Source: an uncultured bacterium
GTDB lineage: Bacteria > Babelota > Babeliae > Babelales > RVW-14
Reading direction: 5' to 3'
Assembly (NCBI GenBank): GCA_963759805.1
Contig: CAVXAT010000021.1
Coordinates: forward strand, 1 to 34,510
Length of the DNA stretch: 34,510 nt
Positions 18,929-29,728 of this stretch are shown piece by piece. Made by a program: the position numbers and the translations under genes. Position 1 is the stretch's first letter. Each line of letters opens with the position of its first letter. The notes under the pieces are model-generated. The model was not told the origin of the DNA. It worked only from the letters and a program-made list of their open reading frames with translations, and ran no database searches.

Positions 18929-21697
18929 ATGAAAAAATTTTATGTATTTCTACTTTTTGTAGTCGCACTAACTTATCAAACAAGTTTTTACATTCAGGCC
19001 AATGAAAACAACCTTATCGGCACGCTGAGTATTTTAAAGCCGGAGTTTTATCCGACTTCTCCGCTGCACGGTGCGGTGGCCTGGCAACAAGAGTGGGTAA
19101 TGAGATTATATGATTTGGGATGGGACCGCGACAAATCTACGGGCAAGTTGATTATTGAGGATGAACAACCCCCTGCATTAATCAAGATTATTGATAGACT
19201 GTTCCACCGCCCTCCCGAAACGACTGGAATGATGGACTTTGGCCCCGTAAAGGATATCAGGGATCAGGCGGCTGCCGACGTTGCCCAAACTCTTGGGGAA
19301 ATTATTGCCGTTCTTCCCGAGCTTATCAGCAAAGAAGTTGGCAGTAAATTTAACAGATTAAAAGAACTCGCAGAACAGCTTAAAGCAGGAGCCAAGATTG
19401 AAAAGATAAAAGCTGCCGCTTCAAGTTTGTGTGAAGTAAGTGATGCAGAATTTTTTGAGAAACTAGCAGAATCAAAAAAAGCTCTTCAAAATGTAAAGAT
19501 CCCTGAAAAAGCAATTTCTGCTATCGAATTTAAAAAATTAATTAATGAGTTTTGTGAATTTAAAGAGAGCTGTGGGAAATTAGTGCGTGGTGCAGATACA
19601 GCACAACTTTTGCGTCAGGCATTTTCACAAAACCCGCAAGAAACTTTGCTGACGCTACTGGCGTTGCTTTGGGCAAGCAGTGAGTCAAACCGAGACGATC
19701 TGGCAAAATATTATCAAGCACTTGATGAGAAAATACGAGAAGTTAAAAATACATCTATATTTCTCAAAGACCAAGCACCTGGTTGGCAAGCGTGGATTGC
19801 TGATAAATTGGATCCTAAGTTAAAAGACCAAATGATAGCAGACTTGCAATTGCTTAAGGGAAAACTTGAAGATACCCCAAAGCTTTATGAGGCTCTTGTA
19901 TACCTTGTCCTAATGCCTGGTAACTATCCGAAGATTTCGGAATATAAAACGGCAACCCTTTGGCTTGATGGAACCGAACATCTCAATGTAACATTTGCAG
20001 ATTGCATGGATAGCTCAATGATGAATTTTCTGCTCATCTTGGCATACGATAAAGAAACTAAAAATTTTAATGTTGATTTTTTAAAGCAAAGACTTGAACT
20101 GTCAACATTAAATGAAAAGCTTGAGCAGTTTTTGAAAGGTGATCATCCCGCATTCATCCGCAAAATCAAAGATAAAGAAGATAGTAAAATAGATCTTACG
20201 CCACAAACAGTTGAAGAAATTGAAATTCACAATGCATGGACGGATGTTGAATCAAATATTCCCGGTGTGGCGTATAATAAGTGCCTGAGTGGGAAGTCTA
20301 TTGAACAATGTCATGGTCTGTCAAAAGGCTTTATTGTTGCTACAGAGCAAATGGATGAACCGGCAAAAAAAAGGGCTGCCTCCAGCCAAATTGGCGTGGA
20401 CACTTCCAGCTTGAAACAAGCAGGCTATGAAATAGTGGCCCCCACCGAAGGAATCTGTTTCGAACTTCAGCCATCACTAAAAAACTTTATAGTGCTTTTC
20501 AATTACTTATTGAATCTCGGATTATTTGATCCAAACAAAGTTTATGATGAAATTTTAAAGTCGGACTTTGTTAAAGTATATCTTCCAAGGTTGGCCGAAA
20601 AATTGAAAATCGAAATTAAGCCTTCTGTTCCACTCGATAAAGTTGATGAAAAAGATTATGGCGAACAAATCCTAACAAAACTTGGTTTTTATGATGAATT
20701 TCCATTCGAATTATCTACAAGTCATGGTCACGGGGAGATTATTAAGAAATACAATATATTCACAAAGGAATTGAAAAATATGCTTGATAGATTACCAATG
20801 TCTTCGACTTTGCTTACAAGTTTTCGAGGGATAAAGTTAGGGAATATGGGAGATGGTGACATCAGGACTGGCAAGTTTGTAAGCAATGGGATGTGCAATT
20901 TTTATGATCTACCGTGGTTTGATATTAGCACAAGCTTTGCAATTACCGGTATTTTAAATGGTATTGACAAGACTCAGGCCAAATGTTCGCCAGAAGTACT
21001 GAGATATTTTATGCGTTTAACAAAAATTCAACCTGACCTAGCAGTTAGACTTGAGATTTTTGAGCAAATTGTTTTAATGGTCGCAAAGGGGCAGGGATAT
21101 GCAGAGGCTATATATGCAGAGGCAATAGCCTCTGCGTCAGAATGTGTTAAGAACGCTAATTATCGCGTACGACAATCAGCAATAATATTGTTCAGGACAT
21201 TGGTTGAAAATGGGCAGGGGTACCAAGAGGCAGTGGCTGCGGCATCAAAGGGTGTCGGCGATGTTAGTGATGGGGATTCTAGTGAGAGAGTACGACAATC
21301 TGCAATAAGATTATTCGAGGCATTATTTGAAAAGAGAAAAGGATATCCAGATGCAATATCTATCGCGTTAAACGGCATAGAGGATGTGTTGTGGAACGTA
21401 CGAAGCACAGCAGAAGATTTATTCGATGCATTACTTAAAAATGGGCAGGGATATCCAGAGGTAAGAGCTGCATTGTTAAAGTGTTTGGAGAGTACTGATA
21501 AGATGGTACGAATAACGGGACTAAGGTTATTGCATAATTTATGGAAAAAAGGAGGGATTCAACAAAGTAAAATGGCCGCGATAATTAAAGGAATGCAAGA
21601 TAAAGCCGAGGCGCAAAAATTTTTCGACGATATCAATGGAAAGTTAAAAGATACAAAGATAAAAGAAGATCTCGAGCGGTATTTTAGTCAGCCGTAA
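18929..21697 (+). CDS. Exported HEAT-repeat family paralogue 1
   Basis: AAGGAG RBS before ATG 18929; signal peptide; conserved N-domain; about four 36-aa GQGY-led repeats. Confidence 0.85.
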   Translation: MKKFYVFLLFVVALTYQTSFYIQANENNLIGTLSILKPEFYPTSPLHGAVAWQQEWVMRLYDLGWDRDKSTGKLIIEDEQPPALIKIIDRLFHRPPETTGMMDFGPVKDIRDQAAADVAQTLGEIIAVLPELISKEVGSKFNRLKELAEQLKAGAKIEKIKAAASSLCEVSDAEFFEKLAESKKALQNVKIPEKAISAIEFKKLINEFCEFKESCGKLVRGADTAQLLRQAFSQNPQETLLTLLALLWASSESNRDDLAKYYQALDEKIREVKNTSIFLKDQAPGWQAWIADKLDPKLKDQMIADLQLLKGKLEDTPKLYEALVYLVLMPGNYPKISEYKTATLWLDGTEHLNVTFADCMDSSMMNFLLILAYDKETKNFNVDFLKQRLELSTLNEKLEQFLKGDHPAFIRKIKDKEDSKIDLTPQTVEEIEIHNAWTDVESNIPGVAYNKCLSGKSIEQCHGLSKGFIVATEQMDEPAKKRAASSQIGVDTSSLKQAGYEIVAPTEGICFELQPSLKNFIVLFNYLLNLGLFDPNKVYDEILKSDFVKVYLPRLAEKLKIEIKPSVPLDKVDEKDYGEQILTKLGFYDEFPFELSTSHGHGEIIKKYNIFTKELKNMLDRLPMSSTLLTSFRGIKLGNMGDGDIRTGKFVSNGMCNFYDLPWFDISTSFAITGILNGIDKTQAKCSPEVLRYFMRLTKIQPDLAVRLEIFEQIVLMVAKGQGYAEAIYAEAIASASECVKNANYRVRQSAIILFRTLVENGQGYQEAVAAASKGVGDVSDGDSSERVRQSAIRLFEALFEKRKGYPDAISIALNGIEDVLWNVRSTAEDLFDALLKNGQGYPEVRAALLKCLESTDKMVRITGLRLLHNLWKKGGIQQSKMAAIIKGMQDKAEAQKFFDDINGKLKDTKIKEDLERYFSQP

Positions 21698-21728
21698 TTT
21701 TAATTAAAAAATAGAGAGGAGCTCTTCG

Positions 21729-24700
21729 ATGAAAAGATTTTATGTATTTCTACTTTTTGTAATCTCACTAACTTATCAAACAAATTTTAACCTTCAGGCC
21801 AATGAAAATAATCTTATCGGTACACTTAGTATTTTAAAGCCAAAGTTTTATCCAATTTCTCCACTGCACGGTGCGGTGGCATGGCAACAAGAGTGGGTAA
21901 TGAAATTATATGATTTGGGATGGGACCGCGATAAATCTACGGGTAAGTTAATTATTGATGATGAACAACCGCCCGCATTAATCAAAATTATTGATAGACT
22001 GTTCCATCGCCCTCCCGGAACATCTGGAATGATGAATTTTAGCCCAGCAAAAGATATCAGGGATCAGGCGTCTGGAGACGTTGCTCAAACTCTTGGGAAA
22101 ATTATTGCCCTTCTTCCCGAAATGAGCAGTAAAGACGTTGGTAGCAAAGAAGCTGGTAGTAAATTTAATAGATTAAAAGAACTCGCAGAACAGCTTAAAG
22201 CAGGAGCCAAGATTGAAAAGATAAAAGCTGCCGCTTCAAGTTTGTGTGAAGTAAGTGATGCAGAATTTTTTGAGAAACTAGCAGAATCAAAAAAAGCTCT
22301 TCAAAATGTAAAGATCCCTGAAAAAGCAATTTCTGCTATCGAATTTAAAAAATTAATTAATGAGTTTTGTGAGTTTAAAGAGAGCTGTGGGAAATTGGTG
22401 CGTGGCGCGGATACGCCACAACTTTTACGTCAGGCATTTTCACAAAATCCGCAAGAAACGTTGCTAACGCTGCTTGCTTTGCTTTGGGCTTGCTGTGAAT
22501 CAAGTCGAGACGACTTGGCAAACTACTATCAAGCGCTTGATGAAAAAACACGAGAAGTTAGAAATACATCTATATTTTCTAAAGACCAGGCGCCTGGCTG
22601 GGATAAATGGATTGCTGATAAATTTGATCCTAAGTTAAAAGACCAAATGATAGCAGACTTGCAGGTGTTTGATGGGAAGATTGAGGAAAATCCGCAGCTT
22701 TATGAGGCGCTTACATACCTTGTGATGATGCCCGGCAAATATCCGAAGCTTTCTGGATATAAAACTCAGGCGACCCTCTGGTTTAATGGAAAGCAACATA
22801 GCAATGTAACATTTGCAAACTGCATGGATACCTCAATGATGAATTTCCTGCTCGTCTTGGCATACAATAAAGACACAACAGAATTTAATGCTGAATTTTT
22901 AAAACAAAAACTTGAACTACAAACAATAAATGAAAAGCTTGAACAATTTTTGAATAGTGGTCAGCCAGAATTCATCCGTAAAATTAAAGATAAAGAAGAT
23001 AGTAAAATAAGACTTACACCGCAGACAGTAGAAGAGATTGAAATTCATAATGCATGGACAGATGTTGAGTCGAACATTCCCGGCGTAGCATATAATGAAT
23101 GTTTAAAGGGTGAAACCATTGAAATGTGCAAGCATGGATCAAAGGGCTTTATTGTTGCTACGCCTGAACTTAAGAATGCTTCTGGCCTTCAAGAGGCAGG
23201 TTACGTCATAGTATCCCCCGGCGAGGGAATCTGTTTTGAGCTTCAGCCCTCACTTAAAAACTTTATAGTGCTTTTCAACTACTTACTGAATCTCGAATTA
23301 TTTGATCCAGCAAAAGTTTATGTTGAGATATTAAAGCCGTATTTTATTAAAACATATCTTCCAATGTTGGCTGAAAAATTAAAAATCAAAATTGAGCCGA
23401 GTGTTTCACTCGATGAAATTGACATCAAGGATTATAGGGACCAAATCTTAACACAACTTGGCTTTGAAAATGAATTTCCATTCGAGTTATCAACAAGTCA
23501 TGGGCACGGGGAGATTATTAAGAAATATAGTATCTTCGCAAAAGAATTGAAAAATACTTTTGATATGTTGCCAATGGCTTCGAATTCGCTTTCGAGCCTT
23601 CGAGGGATAAAGTTGGGAAACATGGAAAGTAATGACATCAAGGCTGGTAAGTTTGTAAGCAATGGGGTGTACAATTTTTATGATCTTCCATGGCTTGATA
23701 TTAGCTCGACCTTGGCGATTACAAATATTTTGGATGGGATTGCGATTTCTAAGGCACAGGCCTCAGACGAGATAGTTGGATATTTTATGCACTTGGCAGA
23801 AGAAGGGCCTGATATATGGACTAGAGTTAATATTTATAACAGAATTTTTTACTCGTTTGAACAATTGAGTGATAAATACGTAGATAAGATGTTAACCTTT
23901 GCATCAAATAATTTAGTTGATCCTGATGCAGATATACGAAGACAAATGCTTTATGTAATCATGGCACTGGTTAAAAAAGGCAAGGGTTACGCAAAGGCAA
24001 TAGTTGCTGCATCAAATTGTTTAATTGATCGTCATGGAGACGTACGAGGATTAGCCCATCATTTGTTCGAAGTGTTGTTTGAAAAAGGTCAGGGTTACTC
24101 AGAGGCAATAACTTTGGCATCAAACTGTTTAGATAATGCTGATAAGAACATACGAGCTGCTGCATTAGATTTGTTCAAACCACTGATTCAAATGGGGCAG
24201 GGGTACGCCGAAGCAATAGTTGCTGCATCTAAAGGAATATTGGATGTTGAGAATTTTGTACAAACATGTGCATTAGATTTATTCAGAGTCCTGTTTGCAA
24301 AAGGGCATGGGTATCCAGAAGCACTTGCTGCTGCATCAAAAGGTGTCGCGGATGCAGATGTTAGTGTGCGATGGATTTCAATACAGTTGTTTGGAGAATT
24401 GGTTAAAAACGGTCATGGGTATACAGAAGCAATAGCGTCTGCATCCAAATTAATAGGGGATGAGGATGCTCATGTTCGATGGGGTGCAATACAGGTGTTT
24501 AAGGAATTGATTAAACACGATCAAGGGTACCCAGAAGCAATAGTAGCTGCATCCCAAAGTGCAATGGATACCGATTATAATGTACAAATATCTGCGATAG
24601 GTTTATTTGCTGAGCTGGTCAAAAAGGGGCAAGGATATGCAGAGGCCATGTCTGCTGCATCAGAATGCGTGCAAGACGCTGAGTATGACGTACGAGGATC

Positions 24701-24989
24701 GGCGATATACTTGTTCCAGACATTGGTTGAAAACGGTCAGGGATATGATCAAGCAATAGCTGTTTTACCAGTGGGGATGGGTGACGCCAGTCCTAACGTG
24801 CGATATTCGGCGAGCCACTTACTCAATGCATTGATTGAAAAAGGGAGAATTACAGAACGCAATATGGCTGAAATAATTAAAAGGATGCAAAACAAAGTCG
24901 AGGCACGAAGGTTTTTCGATTCAAACAAGGAAAATTTTAAAGATGCAAAAATAAAAGCGGATCTCGAGCAATATGTTGGTCAGCAGTGA
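21729..24989 (+). CDS. Exported HEAT-repeat family paralogue 2
   Basis: Same architecture; eight GxGY-type repeats plus a leading unit. Confidence 0.87.
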   Translation: MKRFYVFLLFVISLTYQTNFNLQANENNLIGTLSILKPKFYPISPLHGAVAWQQEWVMKLYDLGWDRDKSTGKLIIDDEQPPALIKIIDRLFHRPPGTSGMMNFSPAKDIRDQASGDVAQTLGKIIALLPEMSSKDVGSKEAGSKFNRLKELAEQLKAGAKIEKIKAAASSLCEVSDAEFFEKLAESKKALQNVKIPEKAISAIEFKKLINEFCEFKESCGKLVRGADTPQLLRQAFSQNPQETLLTLLALLWACCESSRDDLANYYQALDEKTREVRNTSIFSKDQAPGWDKWIADKFDPKLKDQMIADLQVFDGKIEENPQLYEALTYLVMMPGKYPKLSGYKTQATLWFNGKQHSNVTFANCMDTSMMNFLLVLAYNKDTTEFNAEFLKQKLELQTINEKLEQFLNSGQPEFIRKIKDKEDSKIRLTPQTVEEIEIHNAWTDVESNIPGVAYNECLKGETIEMCKHGSKGFIVATPELKNASGLQEAGYVIVSPGEGICFELQPSLKNFIVLFNYLLNLELFDPAKVYVEILKPYFIKTYLPMLAEKLKIKIEPSVSLDEIDIKDYRDQILTQLGFENEFPFELSTSHGHGEIIKKYSIFAKELKNTFDMLPMASNSLSSLRGIKLGNMESNDIKAGKFVSNGVYNFYDLPWLDISSTLAITNILDGIAISKAQASDEIVGYFMHLAEEGPDIWTRVNIYNRIFYSFEQLSDKYVDKMLTFASNNLVDPDADIRRQMLYVIMALVKKGKGYAKAIVAASNCLIDRHGDVRGLAHHLFEVLFEKGQGYSEAITLASNCLDNADKNIRAAALDLFKPLIQMGQGYAEAIVAASKGILDVENFVQTCALDLFRVLFAKGHGYPEALAAASKGVADADVSVRWISIQLFGELVKNGHGYTEAIASASKLIGDEDAHVRWGAIQVFKELIKHDQGYPEAIVAASQSAMDTDYNVQISAIGLFAELVKKGQGYAEAMSAASECVQDAEYDVRGSAIYLFQTLVENGQGYDQAIAVLPVGMGDASPNVRYSASHLLNALIEKGRITERNMAEIIKRMQNKVEARRFFDSNKENFKDAKIKADLEQYVGQQ

Positions 24990-25009
24990 TTTTTTTTGAT
25001 TTTACATGG

Positions 25010-25078
25010 AGCGCTGAATAAGTCTTGAATGGCTGTTTTTACGGGCTTGTGGTAAAATAACAAAAATAAGTATTATTT
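25010..25078 (+). promoter_or_regulatory. Element B copy 1, probable promoter of the AAA gene
   Basis: GAATAAGTCTTGAATGGCTGTTTTTACGGGCTTGTGGTAAAATAACAAA with extended -10 TG-G-TAAAAT; repeated at 29667 and 33169. Confidence 0.7.
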
Positions 25079-25100
25079 TGCCCTTGAAAGGAATGAAAGA

Positions 25101-26657
25101 ATGAAATTTTTTAACACGGCTGGACCTATTAATCCAGAAAAACACTACTTTTTGAGCCACCGATTAAATGAGGAAGAAATTATATCCTTAATTGAGCAAG
25201 AAAAATATTTTATACTACATGCACCTCGTCAGTCTGGAAAAACCACAGCCATTGTCAACTTTGTTAAAAAATTAAACAATGACAGCAAATATAAAGCCTT
25301 GTATGTAAATATTGAAGCTGCACAAGCATTCAGAAGCAATGTAATTGAAAGCATGCTCGTTATTCTCGACCAACTTAATTCAGAAATTAAACATACCTTC
25401 GGAGAAGACGATTGCGGATTGGAATACTTCAAAGACGACTTAACAAATGCATCGATCTCTGGAAATGAACTCTTTAACTTTCTAGAATTTTGGGCACAAT
25501 GCTCTAAGAAACCAATTCTTCTTTTCATTGATGAGATAGATAGTCTTGTCGGTGATACGCTTATCTCAGTTCTCCGTCAAATCCGAGCTGGATATACCAA
25601 TCGGCCACGCAGATTCGCGCAATCAATATGTTTGGTTGGGGTGCGCGATGTTCGTGATTATCGAATTTGGTCGGACGAGCAGCAGGCAAGTATTTTGGGA
25701 GGCAGCGCTTTTAATATCAAGGCGGAATCTATTACACTTCCAAACTTTTCTGAACAACAAGTCAGGGATTTGTACCTTCAACACACTCAAGAAACTGGTC
25801 AAGTATTCACCAAAGAAGCAATTGAGTATGCCTTTTATTTAACACATGGCCAACCATGGCTGGTTAATGCTCTTGCCTACCAAGCTTGCTTCAAAGATGT
25901 AACCGATCGTAGCCAATCAATCACCAAAGACACAATCGAACGCGCAAAAGAAACTTTGATTCTCAGACGAGATACACATCTAGATGTTTTAATTGATCGA
26001 TTAAGTGAACCAAGAGTAAGAAAAGTTGTTGAACCAATACTTTTAGGGCAGACTCTGCCAAGTGATATCCCAAGCGATGATCTAAGTTACTGCATTGATC
26101 TAGGGATTATTTCAATTCGCAATAAGAACATTGTTATATCAAATCCAATTTATCAAGAGATATTACCCCGCGAATTAATTGCAACAACTCAGCAAACAAT
26201 AACACAACAAACTTCTTGGTATGTTAACCCTGATGGCTCAATTAATATGCATAAACTACTTGAAGCATTTGCACAATTTTTCAGAGAACACTCCGATGCA
26301 TGGCTTGAAAAATTTGCTTACAAAGAAGCCGGACCACACCTACTGCTGATGGCATTTCTGCAACGCATAATTAATGGCGGCGGCAAGATTCACCGTGAGT
26401 ACGCACTGGGACGCAAACGAATGGACCTTCTTATCGAATGGCAGAAACAAAGAATTGTTCTTGAGATTAAACTTTGGTATGGTGAAAAGGCACTGCAAGA
26501 TGGTCTTGAGCAAACAGCAGCATACATGGACACCTGCAATGCAACAGAAGGACATCTTGTAATTTTTAATCAGTCTAAAGCCAAGACATGGGAAGAGAAG
26601 ATCTATCAGCGCCAAGAAAAATTTGCGAACAAATTGATCAATATTTGGGGCATGTGA
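25101..26657 (+). CDS. AAA-type ATPase fused to a C-terminal PD-(D/E)XK nuclease-like domain
   Basis: Walker A APRQSGKTT, Walker B LLFIDEID, T.GQPWLVN; C-terminal REYALGRKRMDLLIEW..VLEIK..Q..Y. Confidence 0.88.
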   Translation: MKFFNTAGPINPEKHYFLSHRLNEEEIISLIEQEKYFILHAPRQSGKTTAIVNFVKKLNNDSKYKALYVNIEAAQAFRSNVIESMLVILDQLNSEIKHTFGEDDCGLEYFKDDLTNASISGNELFNFLEFWAQCSKKPILLFIDEIDSLVGDTLISVLRQIRAGYTNRPRRFAQSICLVGVRDVRDYRIWSDEQQASILGGSAFNIKAESITLPNFSEQQVRDLYLQHTQETGQVFTKEAIEYAFYLTHGQPWLVNALAYQACFKDVTDRSQSITKDTIERAKETLILRRDTHLDVLIDRLSEPRVRKVVEPILLGQTLPSDIPSDDLSYCIDLGIISIRNKNIVISNPIYQEILPRELIATTQQTITQQTSWYVNPDGSINMHKLLEAFAQFFREHSDAWLEKFAYKEAGPHLLLMAFLQRIINGGGKIHREYALGRKRMDLLIEWQKQRIVLEIKLWYGEKALQDGLEQTAAYMDTCNATEGHLVIFNQSKAKTWEEKIYQRQEKFANKLINIWGM

Positions 26658-26735
26658 GATAAACTTTATCCAAACTTGCATTCTTATAACTTTTTTTAAT
26701 AAGCTCGGCTTTAAATAGGCGAGTTTATTTGTTTT
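26658..26735 (+). promoter_or_regulatory. Element A copy 4
   Basis: Nearly identical to 18823-18900; starts right after the AAA stop codon. Confidence 0.8.
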
Positions 26736-26775
26736 GAAATAAAGTAATTTAAAGAAAGTAACTTAAGGAGCCCCA

Positions 26776-29461
26776 ATGAAAAAATTATATATATTTCTAC
26801 TTTTTGTAATCTCACTAACTTATCAGGCAGATTTTTACGTTCAGGCCAATGAAAATAATCTTATCGGCACACTGAATATTTTAAAGCCAGAATTTTATCC
26901 GATTTCACCACTGCACGGTGCAGTCGCCTGGCAGCAAGAGTGGGTGATGAGGTTGTATGATTTGGGATGGGACCGCGACAAATCTACGGGCAAGTTGATT
27001 ATTGAGGATGAACAACCCCCTGCATTAATCAAGATTATTGATAGACTGTTCCACCGCCCTCCCGAAACGACTGGAATGATGGACTTTGGCCCCGTAAAGG
27101 ATATCAGGGATCAGGCGGCTGCCGACGTTGCCCAAACTCTTGGGGAAATTATTGCCGTTCTTCCCGAGCTTATCAGCAAAGAAGTTGGCAGTAAATTTAA
27201 CAGATTAAAAGAACTCGCAGAACAACTTAAAGCAAGTTCCAAGACTGAAAAGATAAAATCTACCGCCTCAAGTTTGTGTGACGTAAGCGATGCAGATTTT
27301 TTTGGAAAATTGGCAGAATCAAAAAAAGCTCTTCAAAATGCAAAGATCCCTCAAAAAGCAATTTTTGCTGTCGAGTTTAAAAAATTAATTAATGAGTTTT
27401 GTGAGTTTAAGGAGAACTGTGCAAAATTGGTGCGTGGTGCAGATACAGCACAACTTTTGCGTCAAGCATTTTCACAAAACCCACAAGAAACTTTGCTAAC
27501 CCTGTTAGCACTACTCTGGTCTTGCTGTGAATCAAGTCGAGACGACTTAGCAAGCTACTATCAAGCACTTGATGAAAAAACACGGGAAGTTAGAAATATT
27601 TCAGTATTTTCCAAAGACCAGGCCCCTGGCTGGCAGCAGTGGATTGCTGATAAATTTGATAACAAGTTAAAAAACCAAATGATAGCAGACTTACACGCGT
27701 TTGAAGGAAAAATTGAGGATAATCCAAAGCTTTATGAGGCACTTACATACATTGTGCTGATTCCCGGTAACTATCCAAAGATTTCAGAATATAAAACGGC
27801 AACCCTTTGGCTTGATGGAACGGAACATCGTAATGTAACATTTGCAGACTGCATGGATAGTTCCATGATGAATTTTCTGCTCATCTTGGCGTACAACAAA
27901 GATGCAATGGCGTTTGGCACTGATTTTTTAAAACAAAAGCTTGGACTGCAAACGATAAATGAAAAACTTGAGCGATTTTTGAACAGCGACCATCCCGCAT
28001 TTATTCGCAAAAGAGAAGGCAAAGAAGACATTAAAATCAACCTGACGCCACAGACAGTTGAAGAGATTGAAATTCACAATGCATGGACAGATGTTGAATC
28101 AAACATTCCCGGTGTGGCATATAACACATGCTTGAATGGAAAAGAAATTAAATCGTGCCAATCGGGAAAAGGCTTTATTATTGCTACGCCGGACCTAAAC
28201 GATGTTTCCCTCTTTCAAAAAGCAGGATATGTAATAGTACAACCATCTGAAGGTATTTGTTTTGAATTTCAGCCTTCACTTAAAAATTTTATAGTCCTTT
28301 TCAATTACTTAATTAATCTCAACTTATTTGACCCAGCAAAAGTTTATGATGAAATTTTAAAGCCGGATTTTGTTAAAACATATCTTCCAATGTTAGCCGA
28401 AAAATTAAAAATTGAAATGGAGCCTTCTGTTTCACTCAATGATATTGATACTAAGGATTATGGGGATCAAATATTAACAAAACTTGGTTTTGATGATGAA
28501 TTTCCATTTGAGTTATCGACGAGTAGCGGGCATGGAGAAATTATTAAAACACATAGTGCCACTGCCGCGAAGTTGAAGAATATATTGCAATCCGAAAAGC
28601 TTCCAAGTCTTCGAGGTATAAAGTTGGGGGAATATGGGATATGATGACATCCAGGCCGGCAAGTTTGTAAACCATGGGGTTCTCAATTTTTATGATCTAC
28701 CATGGTTGGATATTAGCACGATTGAGGCGATTTCCAACATTTTACAAGGTATTAAAAAGGCTGAATCCCAAAGGTCACCAGATATACTGGGATATTTTAT
28801 GCATTTAGCAGAAATCCAACCCGATCCAGCAGTTACAATTAACATTTTTAGATATATTGCTTTCACGTTTGAAAAATTGGGTGAAAAACATGTAACTACT
28901 ATCTTAACTGCTGCATCGAAAGGTTTAACGCATGCTAATACTTCGGTGAGAAGCTGCACGTTGTATTTATTTGCAGCATTGGTCAACAAAGAACAGGCAT
29001 ACAAAGAAGCATTAGCTGCTGCATCTAATGGTTTAACGGATGCTAGTTTAGAAATAGTAGACGACTCATTACATTTGTTTAAAACGTTGGTCGACAAAGG
29101 ACAGGCATACCAAGAAGCATTAGCTGCTGCATCGCACTGTTTAACGGGTGCTGTTCCTTTATTACAATTCAATGTGTTGAACGTATTTATTGCATTGATC
29201 TACAAAGGGCAGGCATCTACAGAGCCATTAGAAGCCACATTAAAGTGTTTAGGGAATGCTAATAAAGAGATACAAATATCCGGGATAAAATTGTTGAAAC
29301 CTTTATGGGAAAAAGGAACAATCACAGAAAATAAAATGGCTGCAATGATTAGAAGTATACAAGATAAAGTCGGAGCACAAATGTTTTTCGATTCCATCAA
29401 ATCAGATTTTAAAGATACAAAGATAAAAGAAGATCTTGAGCAGTATTTTAGTCAGCCATGA
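26776..29461 (+). pseudogene. Exported HEAT-repeat family paralogue 3, split by a +1 frameshift (ORFs 26776-28644 and 28634-29461)
   Basis: G5 at 28626-28630 where paralogue 4 has G4 (TTG GGG AAT ATG); removing one G restores RGIKLGNM and a single ORF. Confidence 0.85.
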
Positions 29462-29513
29462 TTTTTAAAGAGAAAAAGGTTTGTACGATTTATAACCAGC
29501 AAAGAACGGAAAG

Positions 29514-29666
29514 CTACTTACTATTTTCAATCTCAAGCTTTTTGATCTTTCGATACAGCTTACTTCTGCTTATTCCAAGCATCTGGGACGCGCGAAAATA
29601 GTTATTTTAGTTTCCTGCAAAGTAATTAGCCGTTCAACTTCGTGCATGCCCATATCCATGGCAACC
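29514..29666 (-). pseudogene. Fis-type HTH fragment
   Basis: Minus strand reads VAMDMGMHEVERLITLQETK then, after a one-base shift at 29605-29608, NYFRASQMLGISRSKLYRKIKKLEIENSK*. Confidence 0.7.
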
Positions 29667-29728
29667 GAATAAGTCTTAAATGGCTGTTTTTACAGGCTTG
29701 TGGTAAAATAACAAAAATAAGTATTATT
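29667..29728 (+). promoter_or_regulatory. Element B copy 2
   Basis: Near-identical to 25016-25077. Confidence 0.75.
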
